From Felis catus (Eukaryota): a stretch of DNA of 64,000 bases. A program made the translations under genes and the position numbers. Shown here one piece after another: positions 41,081 through 52,860 of the stretch (within the stretch, counting starts at the first letter, position 1; each line of letters starts with the position of its first letter). The notes under the pieces are model-generated. The model was not told the origin of the DNA. It made no database searches and saw only the letters and a list, made by a program, of their open reading frames with translations. The stretch spans positions 186,746,001 to 186,810,000 of the forward strand of contig NC_058368.1 in assembly GCF_018350175.1 (NCBI RefSeq), in the 5' to 3' direction.

Positions 41081-42005
41081 GGAAGCGGCAAGATGGTGGG
41101 TTAGGAGGACGCTGGGCTCACTGCGCGTCCTGCTGATCACTTAGATTCCACCTACACCTGCCTAAATAACCCAGAAAACCGCCAGAGGATTAGCAGAACG
41201 GAGTCGCCGGAGCCAAACGCAGACGAGAGGCCCACGGAAGAGGGTAGGAAGGGCAGCGAGGCGGTGCGCGCTCCACGGACTGGCGGGAGGGAGCCGGGGT
41301 GGAGGGGCGGCTCGGGGCCAAGCAGAGCCCCTGAGTCTGGCTGGCAAAAGCGGAGGGGCCTGACGGAATGTGTTCCGACAACAAGCGCGACTTAGCGTCT
41401 GGGAGGTCATAAGTTAAAAGCTCTGCTCAGAAAGTGGGAAGGCTGGAGGACAAAGGGAGGGAGAGCTGCTGAGCCCCCTGACGTCAGAGCTCAGTTTGGT
41501 GGGGAACAAAGGCGCTCACCGGCGACATCTCCCCCGCCCATCCGCCAGCCAAAATCCCAAAGAGAACCAGTTCCTGCCAGGGAACTTGCTCGCTCCGCGC
41601 AAACACCCAACTCTGTGCTTCTGCTGAGCCAAACCTCCGGCAGCGGATCTGACTCCCTCCCGCTGCCTCAGGGCCCCTCCTGAAGAGGATCACCTAAGGA
41701 GAAGCGATCTAAGCCTGCCCCTCCTGCCCCCGTGCACCTTGCCTACCCACCCCAGCTAATACGCCAGATCCCCAGCATCACAAGCCTGGCAGTGTGCAAG
41801 TAGCCCAGACGGGCCACACCACCCCACAGTGAATCCCGCCCCTAGGAGAGGGGAAGAGAAGGCACACACCAGTCTGACTGTGGCCCCAGCGGTGGGCTGG
41901 GGGCAGACATCAGGACTGCTGCGGGCCCGCCCACCGACTCCAGTTATACACCACAGCATAGGGAAAGTGCCCTGCAGGTCCTCACCATGCCAGGGACTAT
42001 CCAAA
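41081..42005 (+). promoter_or_regulatory. L1 5'UTR internal promoter, CpG-rich
   Basis: ~925 bp GC-rich leader with many retained CpGs; YY1-type CAAGATGG motif at 41089-41096. Activity not shown by sequence. Confidence 0.75.
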
Positions 42006-42899
42006 ATGACCAAGCAGAAGAATTCCCCTCAGAAGAATCTCCAAGAAATAACAACAGCTAATGAGCTGATCAAAAAGGATTTAAATAATATAACAGAAAG
42101 TGAATTTAGAATAATAGTCATAAAATTAATCGCTGGGCTTGAAAACAGTATACAGGACAGCAGAGAATCTCTTGCTACAGAGATCAAGGGACTAAGGAAC
42201 AGTCACGAGGAGCTGAAAAACGGTTTAAACAAAATACATAACAAAATGGAAACCACCACAGCGCGGCTTGAAGAGGCAGAGGAGAGAATAGGTGAACTAG
42301 AAGATAAAGTTATGGAAAAAGAGGAAGCTGAGAAAAAGAGAGATAAAAAAATCCAGGAGTATGAGGGGAAAATTAGAGAACTAAGTGATACACTAAGAAG
42401 AAATAATATACGCATAATTGGTATCCCAGAGGAGGAAGAGAGAGGGAAAGGTGCTGAAGGGGAACTTGAAGAAATAATAGCTGAGAACTTCCCTGAACTG
42501 GGGAAGGAAAAAGGCATTGAAATCCAAGAGGCACAGAGAACTCCCTTCAGACGTAACTTGAATAGATCTTCTGCACGACATATCATAGTGAAACTGGCAA
42601 AATACAAGGATAAAGAGAAAATTCTGAAAGCAGCAAGGGGTAAACGTGCCCTCACATATAAAGGGACACCTATAAGACTCGTGACTGATCTCTCTTTTGA
42701 AACTTGGCAGGCCAGAAAGAATTGGCACGAGATTTTCAGGGTGCTAGACAGAAAAAATATGCAGCCAAGAATCCTTTATCCAGCAAGTCTGTCATTTAGA
42801 ATAGAAGGAGAGATAAAGGTCTTCCCAAACAAAGAAAAACTGAAGGAATTTGTCACCACTAAACCAGCCCTACAAGAGATCCTAAGGGGGACCCTGTGA
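42006..42899 (+). CDS. L1 ORF1p, RNA-binding chaperone (coiled coil, RRM, CTD), 297 aa, uninterrupted
   Basis: MTKQKNSPQ...RRNNIRIIGIPE...EIIAENFP...ARHIIVK...TWQARK...LYPASLSF...TTKPALQEIL. True start taken as ATG 42006, not the GTG at 41829. Confidence 0.9.
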   Translation: MTKQKNSPQKNLQEITTANELIKKDLNNITESEFRIIVIKLIAGLENSIQDSRESLATEIKGLRNSHEELKNGLNKIHNKMETTTARLEEAEERIGELEDKVMEKEEAEKKRDKKIQEYEGKIRELSDTLRRNNIRIIGIPEEEERGKGAEGELEEIIAENFPELGKEKGIEIQEAQRTPFRRNLNRSSARHIIVKLAKYKDKEKILKAARGKRALTYKGTPIRLVTDLSFETWQARKNWHEIFRVLDRKNMQPRILYPASLSFRIEGEIKVFPNKEKLKEFVTTKPALQEILRGTL

Positions 42900-42949
42900 G
42901 ACAAAGTCCCAGAGACATCACTACAAGCATAAAACATACAGACATCACA

Positions 42950-45900
42950 ATGACTCTAAACCCGTATCTTTCTATAATAACACTGAATGTAAATGGATTA
43001 AATGCGCCAACCAAAAGACATAGGGTATCAGAATGGATAAAAAAACAAGACCCATCTATTTGCTGTCTACAAGAGACTCATTTTAGACCTGAGGACACCT
43101 TTAGATTGAGAGTGAGGGGATGGAGAACTATTTATCATGCGACTGGAAGCCAAAAGAAAGCTGGAGTAGCCATACTTATATCAGACAAACTAGACTTTAA
43201 AGGCTGTAACAAGAGATGAAGAAGGACATTATATAATAGTTACAGGGTCTATCCATCAGGAAGAGCTAACAATTATAAATGTCTATGCGCCGAATACCGG
43301 AGCCCCCAAATATATAAAACAATTACTCATAAACATAAGCAACCTTATTGATAAGAATGTGGTAATTGCAGGGGACTTTAACACCCCACTTACAGAAATG
43401 GACAGATCATCTAGACACACGGTCAATAAAGAAACAAGGGCCCTGAATGAGACATTGGATAAGATGGACTTGACAGATATATTTAGAACGCTGCATCCCA
43501 AAGCAACAGAATATACTTTCTTCTCGAGTGCACATGGAACATTCTCAAAGATAGATCATATACTGGGTCACAAAACAGCCCTTCATAAGTTTACAAGAAT
43601 TGAAATTATACCATGCATACTTTCAGACCACAATGCTATGAAGCTTGAAATCAACCACAGAAAAAAGTCTGGAAAACCTCCAAAGGCATGGAGGTTAAAG
43701 AACACCCTACTAACGAATGAGTTGGTCAACCAGGCAATTAGAGAAGAAATTAAAAAATATATGGAAACAAACGAAAATGAAAATACAACAATCCAAGTGC
43801 TTTGGGATGCAGCGAAGGCAGGCCTGAGAGGAAAATACATTGCAATCCAGGCCTATCTCAAGAAACAAGAAAAATCCCAAATAGAAAATCTAACAGCACA
43901 CCTAAAGTAACTAGAAGCAGAACAGCAAAGGCAGCCTAAACCCAGCAGAAGAAGAGAAATAATAAAGATCAGAGCAGAAATAAACAATATAGAATCTAAA
44001 AAAACTGTAGAGCATATCAACGAAGCCAAGAGTTGGTTTTTTGAAAAAATAAACAAAATTGACAAACCTCTAGCCAGGCTTCTCAAAAAGAAAAGGGAAA
44101 TGACCCAAATAGATAAAATCATGAATGAAAATGGAATTATTACAACCAACCCCTCAGAGATACAAACAATTATCAGGGAATACTATGAAAAATTATATGC
44201 CAACAAATTGGACAACCTGGAAGAAATGGACAAATTCCTGAACACCCACACTCTTCCAAAACTCAATCAGGAGGAAATAGAAAGCTTGAACAGACCCATA
44301 ACCAGTGAAGAAATTGAATCGGTTATCAAAAATCTCCCAACAAATAAGAGTCCAGGACCAGATGGCTTCCCAGGGGAGTTCTACCAGACGTTTAAAGCAG
44401 AGATAATACCTATCCTTCTCAAGCTATTCCAAGAAATAGAAAGGGAAGGAAAACTTCCAGACTCATTCTATGAAGCCAGTATTACTTTGATTCCTAAACC
44501 AGACAGAGACCCAGTAAAAAAAGAGAACTACAGGCCAATATCCCTGATGAATATGGATGCAAAAATTCTCAATAAGATACTAGCAAATCGAATTCAACGG
44601 CATAGAAAAAGAATTATTCACCATGATCAAGTGGGATTCATTCCTGGGATGCAGGGCTGGTTCAACATTCGCAAATCAATCAACGTGATACATCACATTA
44701 ACAAAAAAAAAGAGAAGAACCATATGATCCTGTCAATCGATGCAGAAAAGGCCTTTGACAAAATCCAGCACCCTTTCTTAATAAAAACCCTTGAGAAAGT
44801 CGGGATAGAAGGAACATACTTAAAGATCATAAAAGCCATTTATGAAAAGCCCACAACTAACATCATCCTCAACGGGGAAAAACTGAGAGCTTTTTCTCCG
44901 AGATCAGGAACATGACAAGGATGCCCACTCTTACTGCTGCTGTTTAACATAGTGCTGGAAGTTCTAGCATCAGCAATCAGACAACAAAAGGAAATCAAAG
45001 GCATCAAAATTGGCAAAGATGAAGTCAAGCTTTCGCTTTTTGCAGATGACATGATCTTATACATGGAAAATCCGATAGACTCCACCAAAAGTCTGCTAGA
45101 ACTGATACAGGAATTCAGTAAAGTCGCAGGATACAAAATCAATGTACAGAAATCAATTGCATTCTTATACACTAAAAATGAAGCAACAGAAAGACAAATA
45201 AAGAAACTGATCCCATTCACAATTGCACCAAGAAGCATAAAATACCTAGGAATAAATCTAACCAAAGATGTAAAGGATCTGTATGCTGAAAACTATAGAA
45301 AGCTTATGAAGGAAATTGAAGAAGATTTAAAGAAAAGGAAAGACATTCCCTGCTCATGGATTGGAAAAATAAATATTGTCAAAATGTCAATACTACCCAA
45401 AGCTATCTACACATTCAATGCAATCCCAATCAAAATTGCACCAGCATTCTTCTCGAAACTAGAACAAGCAATCCTAAAATTCATATGGAACCACAAAAGG
45501 CCCCGAATAGCCAAAAGGAATTTGGAAGAAGAAGACCAAAGCAGGAGGCATCACAATCCCAGACTTTAACCTCTACTACAAAGCTGTCATCATCAAGACA
45601 GCATGGTATTGGCACAAAAACAGACACATAGACCAATGGAACAGAATAGAAACCCCAGAACTAGACCCACAAACGTATGGCCAACTCATCCTTGACAAAG
45701 CGGGAAAGATCATCCAATGGAAAAAAGACAGCCTCTTTAACAAATGGTGCTGGGAGAACTGGACAGCAACATGCAGAAGGTTGAAACTAGACCACTTTCT
45801 CACACCATTCACAAAAATAAACTCCAAATGGATAAAGGACCTAAATGTGAGACAGGAAACCATCAAAACCTTAGAGGAGAAAGCAGGAAAAGACCTCTCT

Positions 45901-46769
45901 GACCTCGCCATAGCAATTTCTTACTCGACACATCCCCAAAGGCAAGGGAATTAAAAGCAAAAGTGAATTACTGGGACCTTATGAAGATAAAAAGCTTCTG
46001 CACAGCAAAGGAAACAACCAACAAAACTAAAAGGCAACCAACGGAATGGGAAAAGATATTCGCAAATGACATATCGGACAAAGGGCTACTATCCAAAATC
46101 TATAAAGAGCTCACCAAACTCCACACCCGAAAAACAAATAACCCAGTGAAGAAATGGGCAGAAAACATGAATAGACACTTCTCTAAAGAAGACATCCAGA
46201 TGGCCAACAGGCACATGAAAAGATGTTCAGCGTCGCTCCTTATCAGGGAAATACAAATCAAAACCACACTCAGGTATCACCTCACGCCAGTCAGAGTGGC
46301 GAAAATGAACAAATCAGGAGACTATAGATGCTGGAGAGGATGTGGAGAAACGGGAACCCTCTTGCACTGTTGGTGGGAATGCAAATTGGTGCAGCCGCTC
46401 TGGAAAGCAGTGTGGAGGTTCCTCAGAAAATTAAAAATAGACCTATCCTATGACCCAGCAGTAGCACTGCTAGGAATTTACCCAAGGGATACAGGAGTAC
46501 TGATGCATAGGGTCACTTGTACCCCAATGTTTATAGCAGCACTCTCAACAATAGCCAAATTGTGGAAAGAGCCTAAATGTCCATCAACTGATGAATGGAT
46601 AAAGAAATTGTGGTTTATATACACAATGGAATATTACGTGGGAATGAGAAAAAATGAAATATGGCCTTTTGTAGCAACGTGGATGGAACTGGAGAGTGTG
46701 ATGCTAAGTGAAATAAGCCATACAGAGAAAGACAGATACCATATGGTTTCACTGTTATGTGGATCCTGA
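42950..46769 (+). pseudogene. L1 ORF2p (APE endonuclease, reverse transcriptase, C-terminal Cys-rich region), disrupted
   Basis: Motifs [47 protein letters not shown]. Lesions: 5-bp deletion ~43200, TAA 43908-43910, TGA 44913-44915, +1 shift ~45513, -1 shift ~45907. Confidence 0.93.
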
Positions 46770-46997
46770 GAAACTTAACAGGAACCCATGGGGGATGGGA
46801 AGGAAAAAAAAAAAAAAGAGGTTAAAGTGGGAGAGAGCCAAAGCATAAGAGACTGTTAAAAACAGAACAAACTGAGGGTTGATGGGGGGTGGGAGGGAGG
46901 AGAGGGTGGGTGATGGGTATTGAGGAGGGCACCTTTTGGGATGAGCACTGGGTGTTGTATGGAAACCAATTTGTCAATAAATTTCATATAAAAAAAA

Positions 46998-47043
46998 GAA
47001 AGGCTTTGATTAAAGAAGCTAAGAATAAATCAGCTTAATAGGC
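46998..47043 (+). other. 3'-transduced flank of the source L1 (46 bp)
   Basis: Non-L1 sequence between the first A tract (46990-46997) and second poly-A (47044 onward), with AATAAA at 47024-47029; lies inside the TSDs. Confidence 0.85.
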
Positions 47044-47094
47044 AAAAAAAAAAAAAACAAAAAAATCAAAAAAAAACACAACATACCCCAAAGG

Positions 47095-47856
47095 AAAATG
47101 TATAAGCCACCTCCATCTACCAGTTACCCAACTCTAATAACTATCAATATGCTTGCATTCTTATTTCATCTAACTCTCTCAGGTTTTTTTTTTTTTTGGA
47201 ATATTTTATAGCAAATATCAGATGCACTGTCAGTTAAATCCAAGATATTTCAATGTATGTCTCAAAAATGACATTTTCTTACACATCACAAGCCACTATA
47301 AAAAATAAAACGAATCAACTCCAATTCCTTTGGTATAATATTAAATCCATATTCAAGTTTTTTAATGAAATTTGTTTACACATGGTTTGTTCAAATTAGT
47401 ACTTAAGCAGGAGTCACTAATTGCATTAAGCTGCTAATAATGAAGTTGTCATTTAAGTACCTTTTAAGACTGAATACTGTCCCTTCTCCACTCCCATTCT
47501 TTATGCCACTGATCTGGTTAAAATTTTCAGATAAAGTTTTTGCTACTCTACCTTCTGGGTTTGGCACATTGTCTCCTCAGGATGTAGTTGAACTTATTCA
47601 TCATGACTGTACTTTCTGTAGACTGGAATGTGGAGCTAATCAAACTCAGGAAGAATTTCAGTTTTTGAGAATTCATAATGGTATTATATCCTGTGGGGGG
47701 ACAATGTCTCATTTTTAGTGATGGTAAGATTGATGGGTGATTATAGGTAATGGCAGTCTGATTCTTTCATTATAAAGTCCCTCATTAATTCCACTTAATG
47801 GTTTGCATTATTTGATGACCATTTACTTGAATCAGGTATTTTGTTATGGATTACAA
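47095..47856 (-). mobile_element. Ancient L1M (L1MC/ME-like) 3' region hosting both young L1 insertions; begins ~41030, continues past 53797
   Basis: Removing the + L1 restores gaaatttctaaacataccccaaaggaaaatgtataagccacctccatctaccagttacccaactct..., typical of antisense ancient L1 3' ends. A similar motif recurs at ~54135-54250. Confidence 0.55.
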
Positions 47857-48113
47857 AATGGTAATTTTTCTTTTTTTTTCTGTTTTTTTTTTCAATATAT
47901 GAAGTTTATTGTCAAATTGGTTTCCATACAACACCCAGTGCTCATCCCAAAAGGTGCCCTCCTCAATACCCATCACCAACCCTCCCCTCCCTCCCACCCA
48001 CCATCAACCCTCAGTTTGTTCTCAGTTTTTAAGAGTCTCTTATGCTTTGGCTCTCTCCTACTCTAACCTCTTTTTTTTTCCTTCCCCTCCCCCATGGGTT
48101 TCTGTTAAGTTTC

Positions 48114-51100
48114 TCAGGATCCATATAAGAGTGAAACCATATGGTATCTGTCTTTCTCTGTATGGCTTATTTCACTTAGCATCACACTCTCCAGTTCCAT
48201 CCACGTTGCTACAAAAGGCCATATTTCATTCTTCCTCATTGCCACGTAGTACTCCATTGTGTATATAAACCACAATTTCTTTATCCATTCATCAGTTGAT
48301 GGACATTTAGGCTCTTTCCATAATTTGGCTATTGTTGAGAGTGCTGCTATAAACATTGGGGTACAAGTGACCCTATGCATCAGTACTCCTGTATCCCTTG
48401 GGTAAATTCCTAGCAGTGCTACTGCTGGGTCATAGGATAGGTCTATTTTTAATTTTTTGAGGAACCTCCACACTGTTTTCCAGAGCGGCTGCACTAATTT
48501 GCATTCCCACCAACAGTGCAAGAGGGTTCCCGTTTCTCCACATCCTCTCCAGCATCTATAGTCTCCTGATTTGTTCATTTTCGCCACTCTGACTGGCGTG
48601 AGGTGATATCTGAGTGTGGTTTTGATTTGTATTTCCCTGATGAGGAGCAACATTGAGCATCTTTTCATGTGCCTGTTGGCCATCCGGATGTCTTCTTTAC
48701 AGAAGTGTCTATTCATGTTTTCTGCCCATTTCTTCACTGGGTTATTTGTTTTTCAGGTGTGGAGTTTGGTGAGCTCTTTATAGATTTTGGATAGTAGCCC
48801 TTTGTCCGATATGTCATTTGCGAATATCTTTTCCCATTTCGTTGGTTGCCTTTTAGTTTTGTTGGTTGTTTCCTTTGCTGTGCAGAAGCTTTTTACCTTC
48901 ATAAGGTCCCAGTAGTTCATTTTTGCTTTTAATTCCCTTGCCTTTGGGGATGTGTCAAGTAAGAAATTGCTATGGCTGAGGTCAGAGAGGTCTTTTCCTG
49001 CTTTCTCCTCTAGGGTTTTGATGGTTTCCATCTCACATTCAGGTCTTTTATCCATTTTGTTTATTTTTGTGAATGGTGTGAGAAAGTGGTCTAGTTTCAA
49101 TCTTCTGCATGTTGCTGTCCAGTTCTCCCAGCACCATTTGTTAAAGAGAGTGTCTTTTTTTTCCATTGGATATTCTTCCCTGCTTTGTCAAAGATTAGTT
49201 GTGTCTAGTTCTGGGGTTTCTATTCTGTTCCATTGGTGTATGTGTCTGTTTTTGTGCCAATACCATGCTGTCTTGATGATTACAGCTTTGTAGTAGTGGC
49301 TAAAGTCTGGGATTGTGATGCCTCCTGCTTTGGTCTTCTTCTTCCAAATTCCTTTTGGCTATTCGGGGCCTTTTGTGGTTCCATATGAATTTTAGGATTG
49401 CTTGTTCTAGCTTCGAGAAGAATGCTGGTGCAATTTTGATTGGGATTGCATTGAATGTGTAGATAGCTTTGGGTAGTATTGACATTTTCACAATATTTAT
49501 TCTTCCAATCCATGAGCACAGAATGTTTTTCCATTTCTTTATATCTTCTTCAATTTCCTTCATAAGCTCTCTATAGTTTTCAGCATACAGGTCTTTTACA
49601 TCTTTGGTTAGATTTATTCCTAGATATTTTATGCTTCTTGGTGCAATTGTGAATGGGATCAGTTTATTTATTTGTCTTTCTGTTGCTTCATTATTAGTGC
49701 ATAATAACGTAACTGATTTCTGTACATTGATTTTGTATACTGCGACTTTGCTGAATTCCTGTATCAGTTCTAGCAGACTTTTGGTGGAGTCTATCGGATT
49801 TTCCATGTATAAGATCATGTCATCTGCAAAAAGTGAAAGCTTAACTTCATCTTTGCCAATTTTGATGCCTTTGATTTCCTTTTGTTGTCTGATTGCTGAT
49901 GCTAGAACTTCCAGCACTATGTTAAACAACAGCAGTGAGAGTGGACATCCCTGTCATGTTCCTGATCTCAGGGAAAAAGCTCTCAGTTTTTCCCCATTGA
50001 GGATGATGTTAGCTGTGGGCTTTTCATAAATGGCTTTTATGATGTTTCAGTATGTTCCTTCTATCCCGACTTTCTCAAGGGTTTTTATTAAGAAAGGGTG
50101 CTGGATTTTGTCAAAGGCCTTTTCTGCATCGATTGACAGGATCATATGGTTCTTATCTTTTCTTTTATTAATGTGATGTATCACATTGATTGATTTGCGA
50201 ATGTTGAACCAGCCCTCTAGCCCAGGAATGAATCCCACTTGATCATGGTGAATAATTATTTTTATATGCTGTTGAATTCGATTTGCTAGTATCTTATTGG
50301 GAATTTTTCCATCCATATTCATCAGCATATTGGCCTGTAGTTCTCTTTTTTTACTGGGTCTCTGTCTGGTTTGGGAATCAAAGTAATACTGGCTTCATAG
50401 AATAAGTCTGGAAGTTTTCCTTCCCTTTCTATTTTTTGGAATAGCTTGAGAAGGATAGGTATTATCTCTGATTTAAATGTCTGATAGAACTCCCCTGGGA
50501 AGCCATCTGGTCCTGGACTCTTATTTGTTGGGAGATTTTTGATGACTGATTCAATTTCTTCACTGGTTATGGGTCTGTTCATGCTTTCTATTTCCTCCTG
50601 ATTGAGTTTTGGAAGAGTGTGGGTGTTTAAGAATTTGTCCATTTCTTCCAGGTTGTCCAGTTTGTTGGCATACAATTTTTCATAGTATACCCTGATAATT
50701 GCTTGTATCTCTGAGGGATTGGTTGTAATCATTCCATTTTCATTCATGATTTTATCTATTTGGGTCATTTCCCTTTTCTTTTTGAGAAACCTGGCTAGAG
50801 ATTTATCAATTTTGTTGATTTTTTCAAAAAACCAACTCTTGGTTTCGTTGATCAGATTTTTTAGATTCTATATTGTTTATTTCTGCTCTGATCTTTATTA
50901 TTTTTCTTCTTCTGCTGGGTTTAGGCTGCCTTTGCTGTTCTGATTCTATTTCCTTTAGGTGTGCTGTTAGATTTTGTATTGGGGATTTTTCTTGTTTCTT
51001 GAGATAGGCCTGGATTGCAATGTATTTTCCTCTCAGGATTGCCTTCACTGCATCCCAAAGCATTTGGATTGTTGTATTTTCATTTTCATTTGTTTCCATA

Positions 51101-51916
51101 TATTTTTTAATTTCTTCTCTAATTGCCTGGTTGACCCATTCATTCTTTAGTAGGGTGTTCTTTAACCTCCATGCTTTTGGAGGTTTTCCATATTTTTTCC
51201 TGTGGTTGATTTCAAGCTTCATAGCATTGTGGTCTGAAAGTATGCATGGTATGATTTCGATTCTTGTAAACTTATGAAGGGCTGTTTTGTGACCCAGTAT
51301 ATGATCTAGCTTGGAGAATGTTCCATATGCACTCGAGAAGAAAGTCTATTCTGTTGCTTTGGGATGTAGAGTTCTAAATATATCTGTCAACTCCTTCTGA
51401 TCCAATGTATCATTCAGGGCCCTTGTTTCTTTATTGACCATGTGTCTAGATGATCTACCCATTTCTGTAAGTGGAGTGTTCAACTCCCCTGCAATTACCA
51501 CATTCTTATCAATAAGGTTTCTTATGTTTGTGAGTAATTGTTATATATACTTGGGGGCTCCCGTATTCGGCGCATAGACATTTATAATTGTTAGCTCTTC
51601 CTGATGGATAGACCCTGTGATTATTAAATAATGCCCTTCTTCATCTCTTGTTATAGCTTCTAATTTAAAGTCTAGTTTGTCTGATAGAAGTATGGCTACT
51701 CCAGCTTTCTTTTGGCTTCCAGTCGCATGATAAATAGTTCTCCATCCCCTCACTCTCAGTCTGAAGGTGTCCTCAGTTCTAAAATGAGTCTCTTGTAGAC
51801 AGCAAATAGATGGGTCTTGTTTTTTTTCTCCATTCTGATATCCTATATCTTTTGGTTGGTGCATTTAGTCCATTTACATTCAGTGTTATTATAGAAAGAT
51901 ATGGGTTTAGAGTCAT
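48114..51916 (-). pseudogene. L1 ORF2p, multiply disrupted
   Basis: Fragments in the ORF track from 51970 to 48114 with EN, RT (FADD) and HCWWEC motifs; many frameshifts, small deletions and a TGA at 49954-49956. Confidence 0.93.
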
Positions 51917-51966
51917 TGTGATGTCTGTATGTTTTATGCTTGTAGTGATGTCTCTGGTACTTTGTC

Positions 51967-52860
51967 TCACAGGATCCCCCTTAGGATCTCTTGTAGGGCT
52001 GGTTTAGTGGTGACGAATTCCTTCAGTTTTTGTTTGTTTGGGAAGACCTTTGTCTCTCCTTCTATTCTGAATGACAGACTTGCTGAATAAAGGATTCTTG
52101 GCTGCATATTTTTTCTGTTCATCACATTGAAGATCTCCTGCCATTCCTTTCTGGCCTGCCAAGTTTCAGTAGAGAGATCGGTCACGAGTCTTATAGGTCT
52201 CCCTTTATATGTTAGAGCATGTTTATCTCTAGCTGCTTTTAGAATTTTCTCTTTATCCTTGCATTTTGCCATTTTCACTATGATATGTCATGCAGAAGAT
52301 CGATTCAAGTTACGTCTGAAGGGAGTTCTCTGTGCCTCTTGGATTTCAAAGCCTTTTTCCTTCCCCAGATCTGGGAAGTTCTCAACTATTATTTCTTCAA
52401 GTACACCTTCAGCACCTTTCCCTCTCTCTTCTTCCTCTGGAATACGAATTATGTGTAGATTATTTCTTCTTAGTGCATCACTTAGTTCTCTAATTTTCCC
52501 CTCATACTCCTGGATTTTTTTAACTCTCTTTTTCTCAGCTTCTTCTTTTTCCATAATTTTATCTTCTAGTTCACCTATTCTCTCCTCTGCCTCTTCAATC
52601 CTAGCTGTAGTTGTCTCCATTTTATTTTGCAGCTCATTGATAGCATTTTTTAGCTCCTCCTGGCTGTTCCTTAGTCCCTTGATCTCTGTAGCAAGAGATT
52701 CTCTGTTGTCCTTTATACTGTTTTCAAGTCCAGCAATTAATTTTATGACTGTTATTCTAAATTCACTTTCTGTTATGTTGTTTAAATAATTTTTGATCAG
52801 TTCGTTAGCTGTTGTTATTTCCTGGATGTTTTTCTGAGGGGAATTCTTCCGTTTTGTCAT
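51967..52860 (-). pseudogene. L1 ORF1p with one premature stop
   Basis: MTKRKNSPQ... from ATG 52860. CGA>TGA at 52288-52290 (the + copy has SARHII); frame continues to 51967. Confidence 0.92.

Larger units (their letters stand above)
41081..47079 (+). mobile_element. Full-length LINE-1 (cat-type), ORF1 intact, ORF2 disrupted, with short 3' transduction
   Basis: Perfect 15-bp TSD aacataccccaaagg at 41066-41080 and 47080-47094. GC/CpG-rich 5'UTR, ORF1, ORF2, G-rich 3'UTR (46884-46911), poly-A. Confidence 0.97.

Noticed and set aside
41829..42005. 59-codon in-frame extension upstream of ORF1 in both L1s (also 52861-53037)
   Set aside because: The two copies differ by offsetting 1-bp indels, so the middle is read in different frames. 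GC-rich UTR is stop-poor and the + copy starts at GTG. No sign of protein-level conservation.
42203..52789. Long antisense ORFs over the L1s (e.g. 42203-42655, 44840-45265, 49604-50029, 52127-52789)
   Set aside because: Shadow frames of L1 ORF1/ORF2 arising from their codon composition.
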